Assembly (NCBI GenBank): GCA_035711995.1
Contig: DASTBQ010000085.1
Coordinates: 1-57,876 of the forward strand
Length of the DNA stretch: 57,876 bases
Direction of reading: 5' to 3'
From: Acidimicrobiia bacterium
GTDB lineage: Bacteria > Actinomycetota > Acidimicrobiia > Spongiisociales > ZC4RG35
Positions 27,125 to 34,590 of the stretch are shown here, piece after piece. Position 1 is the stretch's first letter; the number at the start of each line of letters is the position of its first letter. The translations under genes were made by a program, and so were the position numbers. The notes under the pieces were generated by a model that saw only the letters and a list, made by a program, of their open reading frames with translations, made no database searches and was not told where the DNA came from.

Positions 27125-29740
27125 ATGGACGAACGGCGAGAACAGCTCGGGCTCCCCACTGGTGTCTTGACCTTCATGTTCACCGACATCGAGGGTTCGA
27201 CCCGGACATTGCAACAAATCGGGGACGTGGCGTTCGCCGAACTGATCAGACAGCATCATGAGGTGATCCGCGCTGCCCTCGAACACGGTGGTGGCATCGA
27301 GATCTCGACCGAGGGCGATTCCTTCTTCGCCGTCTTCCGAGACGTGATGGGCGCAGTTGACACTGCGGCTCGCATCCAGATCGCACTTGAGGAGCAGTCA
27401 GCTCACTGGTCGGCTCCCGTCAAGGTCAGGCTCGGTCTCCACACCGGAATGGGGATGCTGGGAGGGGACAACTATGTCGGGGTCGACGTACACAAGGCGA
27501 GCCGAGTTGCCTCTGCGGCGCATGGCGGCGAGGTGCTCCTCTCGGACGAGGTCGGCCAAGTCGTGCGGGCGATCCGTGGCGATGACGCCACGCTGAACCT
27601 GGGGAGATACAAGCTCGCCGGTTTCGCAGAGGCCGAGATGCTGCATCGCCTCTTGGCTCCCGGGCTCCCTTCAGCGTTCCCACCTCCGCGGGCGCGGCAC
27701 GCCGATTCGCGTCTCCCTGCACCCGCAACCGAATTCGTCGGACGTGAGGAAGAGATCGTCGAGGGGGTCGAGACCATCAGGACGGCGCGGCTCGTGACAC
27801 TCACCGGTCCGGGTGGAACCGGCAAGACTCGTCTCGCCATCGAGATCGCGAGACGTCTCGAGTTGGAGATACCCGATGGGGCGGCTTTCGTCTCGCTGGC
27901 GAGCCTCAACGACGCCGATCTGGTGATCGGTGCCATCCTCGAGGCCCTCGAGCTGCAGATTGCCGGAGGCGTGGATCCGACAGAGCGTCTGACGCGTTAC
28001 TTGTCTGAGCGTCGGGTGCTCCTCGTCCTCGACAATCTCGAGCAACTCCACGACGTCGGTGGGGTTGTGTCGCGACTCCTCGAAGCTGCACCCGGACTCA
28101 AGATATTGGCCACTTCGCGCGTTCCCCTTCGTCTCGGAGCCGAACGTGAGATTCAGGTGCCACCGCTCGAGGTGCCAAAGGACGGTGCTCCTCAAGAGGC
28201 AATTGCGCAAATGGCAGGGGTCCGTCTGTTCATGGCCCGTGCTGCGGCCGTGCGTCCCGGTTTTGAACTGACCCCCGAGAACATAACTGCCGTCGCTGGA
28301 ATCGCCAGGTCTGTCGACGGCCTTCCCCTCGCCATAGAGCTCGCTGCATCCCGAATGAGGTCGCTCACGCCCGAGATCATCCTGGAACGGCTGGGGAACC
28401 AGCTCCTGGCGGCGCCGTCGTCCGACCTGCCTGCGCGGCAGCAAACGATCGTCAACGCCATCGGATGGAGCTATGACCTTCTCACTCCCAGGGTACGAAT
28501 GGTTTTCGAGGAGCTCTCGGTCTTCAGCGGGTCTTTTGGACTTACTGAGGCCGAGGTGGTGTGTGGGCAGCAGGACGATGTGCTGGACTGCCTCATCGAT
28601 CTCGTGGAGCAGAGTCTGCTTCGTCAGTCCGAAACCAGCGGAGACCCACGTTTCCGGATGCTCACCGTCATCCGGGATTTCGGCTACGCCGCCCTGGTGG
28701 CGCGAGGCGACGAAGCCGAGGTGGCGGCGCGCCATTCCCAGGTCTATTCGGACATGGCTCAACGGGCAGGGCAGGAGATCCTGACTTCCCGGCAGCTGGT
28801 ATGGCTCAGGGGATTGGGCAACGATCACGACAACCTGCGTGCAGCGTTCGATCGTGCTCTGGCAGGTGACGATCAGGACACCGCTCTCACGATCGCCGGA
28901 TCGTTGTGGAGGTTCTGGCAGATCACCGGTCGTCTCGATGAGGCTGAGGATCGTCTCCGAGCTGCCCTCGGGGAGTCGGGGGGTGGGGATCCGCGAAAGA
29001 GGGCGCGAGCGCTGACGGGTCTCGGTGGGATCCTGTACTGGAAAGGTCTCTGGAGCGACACGATCGAGCCATACCGCGAAGCTCTGGAAATCCACCTCGC
29101 CATGAGCGATCAAGTGGGCACCGCAGAGGCTCTGTACAACCTGAGTTTCCCCCGGGGCTACACCGGCGACTACGAGGAGGCCGAGCGTCTCCTTCGCGAG
29201 TCGCTCGAGTTGAGCGAGGAGATCGGATGGACACTCGGCATAGGCCGTGCCTACTGGGCTCTGGCGAACATCGCTTCATACTCCCAGCAATGGGAGCTCT
29301 CGCTCCAATATGCCAACAGGGCCGTCGACATCTTCTCTGAGCTCGACGCTCCGTTCGACCTCGGCTGGGCTTGGTACATGGTGGCCCACGCATACATCAG
29401 ATCGAAGAAACCGGAGATGGCTCGGGATGCCCTGGCGGCGAGCCTGGAGATCTTCACCCGCGTCAGGGATGTTTCAGCACTCGCGCTGATCCTGGAAACT
29501 GTGTCCTATGTAGCTCTCGTGCTGGAGGACTCCGACGCCGTCTATTTCGCGGGCGTAGCGCAGAGGCTCAAGCAAGACACCGGAGTGCAGATCGGGGATG
29601 TCGAGGTGATCAGCTTTCCCGAGATCCGGGAACATCTCGTCGACATGACCGACGCCGCGCAGGGACGGTACGACACCGGTTTCCACGCCAACCTGGAAGA
29701 CGCCATCGAGAAAGCCCGGGCCGTTCTCGCTGTGGACTGA
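27125..29740 (+). CDS. class III nucleotide cyclase fused to NB-ARC/STAND-like NTPase and TPR array
   Basis: The CHD has LTFMFTDIEGST, TEGDSFFAVF and RLGLHTG. Walker A is LTGPGGTGKTRLA and Walker B is LLVLDNLEQL. The C-terminus has TPR-like repeats. The gene is divergent from the patatin operon. Confidence 0.9.
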   Translation: MDERREQLGLPTGVLTFMFTDIEGSTRTLQQIGDVAFAELIRQHHEVIRAALEHGGGIEISTEGDSFFAVFRDVMGAVDTAARIQIALEEQSAHWSAPVKVRLGLHTGMGMLGGDNYVGVDVHKASRVASAAHGGEVLLSDEVGQVVRAIRGDDATLNLGRYKLAGFAEAEMLHRLLAPGLPSAFPPPRARHADSRLPAPATEFVGREEEIVEGVETIRTARLVTLTGPGGTGKTRLAIEIARRLELEIPDGAAFVSLASLNDADLVIGAILEALELQIAGGVDPTERLTRYLSERRVLLVLDNLEQLHDVGGVVSRLLEAAPGLKILATSRVPLRLGAEREIQVPPLEVPKDGAPQEAIAQMAGVRLFMARAAAVRPGFELTPENITAVAGIARSVDGLPLAIELAASRMRSLTPEIILERLGNQLLAAPSSDLPARQQTIVNAIGWSYDLLTPRVRMVFEELSVFSGSFGLTEAEVVCGQQDDVLDCLIDLVEQSLLRQSETSGDPRFRMLTVIRDFGYAALVARGDEAEVAARHSQVYSDMAQRAGQEILTSRQLVWLRGLGNDHDNLRAAFDRALAGDDQDTALTIAGSLWRFWQITGRLDEAEDRLRAALGESGGGDPRKRARALTGLGGILYWKGLWSDTIEPYREALEIHLAMSDQVGTAEALYNLSFPRGYTGDYEEAERLLRESLELSEEIGWTLGIGRAYWALANIASYSQQWELSLQYANRAVDIFSELDAPFDLGWAWYMVAHAYIRSKKPEMARDALAASLEIFTRVRDVSALALILETVSYVALVLEDSDAVYFAGVAQRLKQDTGVQIGDVEVISFPEIREHLVDMTDAAQGRYDTGFHANLEDAIEKARAVLAVD

Positions 29741-29774
29741 AGTTGTCCCCCTCAACCGGTAGCCTGTTCCTCTC

Positions 29775-29849
29775 GGGCCCGTAGCTCAATCAGGTCAGAG
29801 CAGCGGACTCATAATCCGTCGGTTGCAGGTTCAAATCCTGCCGGGCCCA
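29775..29849 (+). tRNA. tRNA-Met (CAT anticodon; a lysidine-modified tRNA-Ile2 cannot be excluded from sequence alone)
   Basis: It folds as a cloverleaf. The acceptor is gggcccg/cgggccc, the D arm gctc..gagc, the anticodon stem-loop gcgga-ctCATaa-tccgt and the T arm gcagg-ttcaaat-cctgc. CCA is not encoded. It lacks the initiator features (no 1:72 mismatch, no GGG/CCC anticodon stem). Confidence 0.9.
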
Positions 29850-29997
29850 CAGTACTAATCGATGAACCGGGTCTGTTTCAACGTCGAGACTATGTGCAAC
29901 CGGACGGTAGCTCTAGGTCACTTTTAGTGACGCTGGGTAACGGACAGATGGCCGAATGCTTAGGGAGCGATAACGAGACTCACGATGAGCGTGATGT

Positions 29998-30456
29998 TCA
30001 GAGACCCACCATGTCCACGCCATAGGTGGCTTGTTCTCGAGTGAATCCTTCAAACAGCAATTGGTCGATCAGTCCGGAACGAGAGAAGCCCATGAAGTCG
30101 ATGTATTCCTGTGCCTTCTTCCAGGCTTGTTCGTTCCAGTCGACATTGAGGTAGTCCACGGCCTTCGTGGCCTCCGCGTTGGTAAATCCCTCGTATTCCA
30201 ACTGGTCGATGAGTCCCTCGCGGGAGAAGGAAATGAAGTCCAAGTAATCCCTGGCCGATTCGATGGCGTTCTCCTCGGACAGTGTGAATTGGGGAGGAGG
30301 CTCAGTCGTCGTGGTCGCCTGGGTCGTCGTTGTCGTAGGCGGCGTCATCACGGCCAGGCGAGGGAGTTCAGATCCATCGGCGCAGGTGCTCTCCAGCGCT
30401 TTCGATTGACCCCAGTCGCCTACGATTGGGGCATCCGTCAATTGGGATGGCGGCAA
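29998..30456 (-). CDS. Ltp-family repeat protein (phage-type surface lipoprotein family), apparently lacking its signal/lipobox N-terminus
   Basis: There are two internal repeats, AIESARDYLDFISFSREGLIDQLEYEGFTNAEATKAV and AWKKAQEYIDFMGFSRSGLIDQLLFEGFTREQATYGV, preceded by a Thr/Pro linker. No hydrophobic leader follows the TTG start, so this may be a 5'-truncated remnant. Confidence 0.6.
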   Translation of the reverse strand: MPPSQLTDAPIVGDWGQSKALESTCADGSELPRLAVMTPPTTTTTQATTTTEPPPQFTLSEENAIESARDYLDFISFSREGLIDQLEYEGFTNAEATKAVDYLNVDWNEQAWKKAQEYIDFMGFSRSGLIDQLLFEGFTREQATYGVDMVGL

Positions 30457-30470
30457 ACGGAGGTCGGGTC

Positions 30471-30971
30471 ATGAGGCGTACGGCTTTAGTGCTCGCCGTT
30501 GTGGCATTGTTGATGATGGTGACGGCAGCACCGGTGTGGGCGGGCAAGCCGGAGGTGTTCCCCCCGGAACCGGTTGACGAAGAAGGCGTCTTGGAGTCCA
30601 CTTTGTGCGGCTTCGAGGTGGGATTTCACCTTGAAGGTAAAGAAGGTGGAATCTTCTTTGAGGACCGGGCCATCCTCACCGCCCCCGGCGGAAAAGTGAA
30701 ACTGACCAACCTCGCCACTGGAGCGATGGTCTCGCTGAAAATCGCGGGCAGCTTTCACGACAACGTACTCGACGACGACGGCAACATTCGGACCGTCAAC
30801 GTCGGAAGAAACCTTCTCTTCGGCATCTTTGATGGTGAGCCGGGCCTGTTCCTCACCATCGGCAAAGTCGTGACCGACTGGAACATCAATGATCTTCCCG
30901 ACAACATCTTCGAGGTCATCGAGTCGGAGAGCCCCGGGAAGCTGATCGACGTTTGCGGCATGCTGTCCTGA
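30471..30971 (+). CDS. small secreted protein, unknown function
   Basis: The ATG at 30471 has GGAGG 8 nt upstream. The signal peptide reads MRRTALVLAVVALLMMVTAAPVWA/GK. No family is recognised. Confidence 0.55.
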   Translation: MRRTALVLAVVALLMMVTAAPVWAGKPEVFPPEPVDEEGVLESTLCGFEVGFHLEGKEGGIFFEDRAILTAPGGKVKLTNLATGAMVSLKIAGSFHDNVLDDDGNIRTVNVGRNLLFGIFDGEPGLFLTIGKVVTDWNINDLPDNIFEVIESESPGKLIDVCGMLS

Positions 30972-31416
30972 CAGCTTCGGAAGTCAAGCCGACGGAGAGT
31001 TGACCCTCCTCCAAGCGGGAGGCACTCGTGGCCGAGACCATGAGACGGGCCATCACTCAGGCTCATTGGGTCAAACCGCCTTTCATGGCCGGAGGCCCCG
31101 ATTGAGTTCGGATGGATGGATGCGAGAAAGGAGGGAGTCGAGGTTGCGATCCCCAGTTCGTGGAGCAGCCGATCTCTGTTCCTTGACGGTTGCTCGAAAT
31201 CGGTAAGACAGCCAAGCCAACATGACAGACACTGTGAGCGCCACAGCTGGGTGCAAGAATCCCGAGGTCCCGCGCCCTCGACTGGCTGGGCTGGCGGAGG
31301 AGCAGTTCCAGGGGGAGAGAGAATGGCCCATCTTGGTAAGGCTTCGCCTTTGGCCGGGCAACAAGCGCAACCAGTCAGTTGTGCTCTTATCACCCCAGGT
31401 CAGCGCTCGATAGAAG

Positions 31417-31465
31417 GCGGACTCATAATCCGTCGGCTGCGGGTGGAAATGCTGCCGGGCCCCAC
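31417..31465 (+). repeat. degenerate direct copy of the anticodon-arm-to-3'-end part of tRNA-Met (att-like scar / tRNA fragment)
   Basis: 31417-31436 is identical to 29803-29822 (gcggactcataatccgtcgg). The next 26 nt match 21/26. The T-loop ttcaaat has become tggaaat, so the copy cannot be a functional tRNA. Confidence 0.75.
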
Positions 31466-31488
31466 CCATTTCGGCCGCTCCGTGAGGC

Positions 31489-31635
31489 CTAAAAGGTCAG
31501 AGGCATCTCACTTCCCGCGCAGTCTGCATGACCGCAGAAACAACCTCCACCCGTGTCGCCGGTGCGACAGGAAGGCGAGCAGTATTCGCCGTCGACGGGG
31601 ACTGTGCAGGTACAGGGCTCGTGAGCGCATTGCAT
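31489..31635 (-). CDS. 48-aa Cys/His-rich metallothionein-like protein (not in ORF track, below size cutoff)
   Basis: Own translation: MQCAHEPCTCTVPVDGEYCSPSCRTGDTGGGCFCGHADCAGSEMPLTF, then TAG. It has 8 Cys and 2 His. AAAGGA lies 7-8 nt upstream of the ATG. It is on the same strand as, and 69 nt downstream of, the YcaQ-like gene. Confidence 0.5.
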   Translation of the reverse strand: MQCAHEPCTCTVPVDGEYCSPSCRTGDTGGGCFCGHADCAGSEMPLTF

Positions 31636-31704
31636 GGTGGATCCTTTCGACTGGTTGCGCTCAAGTACCCCAGGACCGCTACTGAGAAACGGCGAGCGAC
31701 GTCC

Positions 31705-32847
31705 TCAGGCCAGAACCCGCTTCTTCAAGCCCTCGGGCAGCCGGTCCCACCAGCGGCGATACCGGGAGTAGACGTTCGGATCACGTGGTCCGATCAGATC
31801 CAGCAGCCGTCGCGCTTCGTCCTCCAGTCCGTCCCAGTCCTGGTTGGTGAGCCGGTGGAACGGAGTCACCTCGATTCCAGCCTCGATCGCACGCCACACT
31901 CCTACGACCTGACCGTCGACCAGGACCGTGGGGAGTACGTCACCATTCCGCCGGATCGCATTAGAGCGGTATTCGTCGGAGATGACCCGTGTGCGGTTGA
32001 CATGAGCCAGCAGCACGTTGTCCCACATCCCGAGCAGGCGAGGCGGGGCGGGGGAATCGGGGTCCGCAATCTCGCCGTCATCGACGTCGAGCACTTCCCG
32101 GCCGTCCGGTGCTTGGAAACGGCGGAGCCGATCTGAGATCAGGTTGACGGCCGGCTCGATCTCGGACTGACGCAACAGTGCGAACTGACCGAAGTCCTGA
32201 CGTGTGGCCGGGCCAAAACCTCGGAGATACGCAACGAAGAGCTCCGCGATCGCATCCTGGTGATCGATCGCTTTGGACACGCCCGCGGCGACGAAAGACG
32301 GGGAGCGTCCGAACGACCAGGTCGAGTCCCCGGGAGCATGATGCAGGGGGGCGACCTGACGTAGAGCCCACCAGACACCTGGTTCGGGTATCTCACGACC
32401 AATCTCCGATCGCAGCATCTCTTCGAACTCGGTCTTGTCGCGGGCTTCCGCTGCGAATGCAACCACCTTCGGGATCAGGCTGTCTGCGTCGGCGACGGTC
32501 AAACCGGTGTCCAGAAAACGTCGGTCGTAGAAACGAGCAGCTCGCAAGGTGCCGCTCATCGCCTCATGAAAGATCGGGTAATCGACGCTACGGACCACAT
32601 GGAGGGTGACCCGCATCAGGGTCGCCTTGACGACGTTCCGCTCGGAGAAGGCGGTATCGAGCTCTTCGGGGTCAAACCCGTCGACCCGATTCCACATGGC
32701 CAGATACGGGGAAGCCGACTCCTGGGCTTGCAGTGCCATCGCCTGGCCCACCGCTTCGGTGACAGGGAGGCTCTGTCGTTTCAGGAGCATCTGGCGGTCC
32801 AGCGTGGACCGGTTGAGATGGCGGACGGTGAGGGTCGGGTCAGTCAC
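31705..32847 (-). CDS. winged-helix DNA-binding domain protein (DUF1006 / YcaQ-like crosslink-repair glycosylase family)
   Basis: The N-terminus LNRSTLDRQMLLKRQ...EAVGQAMALQAQ, VVKATLMRVTLHVV and the 380-aa size fit this family. Confidence 0.7.
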   Translation of the reverse strand: MTDPTLTVRHLNRSTLDRQMLLKRQSLPVTEAVGQAMALQAQESASPYLAMWNRVDGFDPEELDTAFSERNVVKATLMRVTLHVVRSVDYPIFHEAMSGTLRAARFYDRRFLDTGLTVADADSLIPKVVAFAAEARDKTEFEEMLRSEIGREIPEPGVWWALRQVAPLHHAPGDSTWSFGRSPSFVAAGVSKAIDHQDAIAELFVAYLRGFGPATRQDFGQFALLRQSEIEPAVNLISDRLRRFQAPDGREVLDVDDGEIADPDSPAPPRLLGMWDNVLLAHVNRTRVISDEYRSNAIRRNGDVLPTVLVDGQVVGVWRAIEAGIEVTPFHRLTNQDWDGLEDEARRLLDLIGPRDPNVYSRYRRWWDRLPEGLKKRVLA

Positions 32848-33544
32848 CGACGGACTGTGCCACCTCTGCTATCGCAGCTGCTAGATCGACCGGTCGGGAC
32901 CACATCGGCCAATGACTCGTGGGGAGGTCGACGTAGGTGACGTCGCGTAACTCGCTGAGACCCTTGACGAACGCGTAGCCCTCCTCGACGGCGTCCCGAT
33001 ATTGATCGGAGGTGAACGCGGTGCAGATCACCGTCGTGGGAATGTCGAGACGTGCGTCATTGGTCAGAGGAATCGTTTCGCGGAGAGCGGCTCCCGGTTG
33101 GGGCAACGCCCGTTCCCTGAAGGTGGCCAGTTGGTCGTCGCTCAACCCGTCGAGGTTCTCCTCCTCAGCCAGTTGCTCTGCGTCGGGAAGGGGATATTCG
33201 TCACCCTCGAAGTCTGGATCCATGGCTCCTACGCCCGGGCCGGTGTCGACGTACACCGCCGCTGCTATCCGGTCCGGCATCCTGTCGGTCACCGCATATC
33301 CGGGGAAACCGGAGCCGCTGTGAACGACGAGCACGACAGGGTCGGGCTTCGATCCGATGACTGAGCAGATCGCCTCTACCTGATCGGTGAGAGTGACGGC
33401 GGAGCGATCGACATCGAGGGACTCGAGGCCGGGGAGGGTCATAGCTTCTACATCGAAACCCTCGTTTCGAAGCAGACCCGCGACCTCGTCCCAAGCCCAG
33501 GCCCCGAGCCAGAATCCGGGAACTAGGACGATGTTGGTAGGCAT
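32840..33544 (-). CDS. alpha/beta hydrolase
   Basis: IVLVPGFWLGAWAWDEV and the nucleophile-elbow region VVLVVHSGSGFPG are present. 234 aa. It overlaps the downstream gene start by 8 nt. Confidence 0.8.
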   Translation of the reverse strand: MPTNIVLVPGFWLGAWAWDEVAGLLRNEGFDVEAMTLPGLESLDVDRSAVTLTDQVEAICSVIGSKPDPVVLVVHSGSGFPGYAVTDRMPDRIAAAVYVDTGPGVGAMDPDFEGDEYPLPDAEQLAEEENLDGLSDDQLATFRERALPQPGAALRETIPLTNDARLDIPTTVICTAFTSDQYRDAVEEGYAFVKGLSELRDVTYVDLPTSHWPMWSRPVDLAAAIAEVAQSVGD

Positions 33545-33579
33545 CGTCTCAACCTACCGCGAGTAGCGGACAGTGCATG

Positions 33580-34530
33580 TCACCGTAAGTCGTCGCCCGA
33601 GATCCAAGGAGGTTTCGGCGCTTCGATACGGGGAAGACCGGATGGCACGGCAGCGAACCTTTCCTCGTTGTGGTCACGCCAGTCACGCCACGCGTCGGTG
33701 ATCTCCTCGGTGCTCCGGGCTACGAAGTTCCACCACATCTTGACCTCCTCGCCAAGAGGTGCGCCCCCCAGAACCATCACGCGGGCCTGACCGCCTCGGG
33801 TTTCCAGCCGCATGCCTTCGTACCCCGGGGGAACGACCGCTAGTGCACCGGGTTCGACGATCGCGTCCTCAACACGGATCGGCCGATCGATCGGCACGAT
33901 CCCGTACTCGAACTCCGGGTTCGTCGCGAACGTGGTCTTGTCTCTGACCGCGATGTCGAGCCCGATCACGGGATGGTCGAACGTGGCTGACGACTCCTCG
34001 TCGTCGTATCGACCGATCAACAGTTGGGCGGTGCCGGAGTCGAGTTCGATCTCGGGCAGCTTCGCGACATGCTGGAAGAGCGATGAGCCGTTCCGGGTAA
34101 CTCCAGGCTGGGCCAGCCACATCTGCACGCCCATCACACCGTTGGTCTCGGAGGGGACCTCGGTGCTGAGTCCCTCCTCGGCATGAGCGATGCCATGGCC
34201 GGCCGTCATCAAGTTCAACTCACCCGGCTTGATCGGTTGCTCGGTGCCCAGGGAATCGGAGTGGAGCACCGAGCCTCCGAAGAGCCAGGTAACGGTGGCG
34301 AGACCGATGTGGGGATGGGGGCCGATCTCTAGTGGTGGTGGCTTCTCGACATCGTCGGGGCTCATAAGATCGACGAAGCACCATGGCCCGATGGTGCGTT
34401 TCTGCTTCGTTGGAAGCACCCGCATGATCCCAAGCTCACCGATGCGCGTGGATCTACCTTCCTTGACCTCGATGGTGCTGATCCCGAGGTCAGTGCTTTG
34501 TCTGTCGGCTTCCTCTACGGGTCCGCTCAT
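33580..34530 (-). CDS. pirin-family protein
   Basis: The ATG at 34530 is chosen because the longer ORF (to 35073) runs into otsA. The cupin metal motif is GPHPHIGLATVTWLF...H.DS.G, with MTAGHGIAHAE further on. Confidence 0.85.
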   Translation of the reverse strand: MSGPVEEADRQSTDLGISTIEVKEGRSTRIGELGIMRVLPTKQKRTIGPWCFVDLMSPDDVEKPPPLEIGPHPHIGLATVTWLFGGSVLHSDSLGTEQPIKPGELNLMTAGHGIAHAEEGLSTEVPSETNGVMGVQMWLAQPGVTRNGSSLFQHVAKLPEIELDSGTAQLLIGRYDDEESSATFDHPVIGLDIAVRDKTTFATNPEFEYGIVPIDRPIRVEDAIVEPGALAVVPPGYEGMRLETRGGQARVMVLGGAPLGEEVKMWWNFVARSTEEITDAWRDWRDHNEERFAAVPSGLPRIEAPKPPWISGDDLR

Positions 34531-34590
34531 CAGCTCCAACGCTACAGCAACCGATTCAGGCCTAGACCCGGCTTGCGATAGGTTGATCAC

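Noticed and set aside
27671-29113. 480-aa minus-strand ORF
   Set aside because: It is entirely antisense to the 871-aa cyclase-NTPase-TPR gene, which has clear motifs. The product has no motifs and is Arg/Pro-rich. Many other long antisense ORFs in the track were dismissed for the same reason, for example 10202-11011, 13524-14222, 24541-25350, 37148-37822 and 43188-43841.
29917-29931. gtcac-ttttа-like small inverted repeat (gtcacttttagtgac) just downstream of tRNA-Met
   Set aside because: The stem is only 5 bp and the repeat occurs once. It could be part of an old att or recombinase site, but it cannot be distinguished from chance.
31235-31300. Cobalamin-riboswitch-like string (gccacagctgggtgcaagaatccc...cccgc...actgg)
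   Set aside because: It only loosely resembles the GGTG..AATCC...CCCGC.ACTG core. The GGGAA element and the proper B12-box order are missing. There is no downstream + strand gene to regulate.
30755-31469. Overlapping ORFs in the islet spacer (30755-31393 -, 31083-31469 -, 31116-31685 +, 31222-31413 +)
   Set aside because: They are mutually exclusive, lack ribosome-binding signals and family motifs, and partly overlap the secreted-protein gene or the tRNA fragment. I could not find integrase or excisionase signatures in any frame. The region is kept as a finding about non-coding or eroded sequence rather than as genes.
31528-32136. 202-aa + strand ORF
   Set aside because: It overlaps the YcaQ-like gene and the Cys-rich mini-ORF on the opposite strand, and it has no recognisable motifs.
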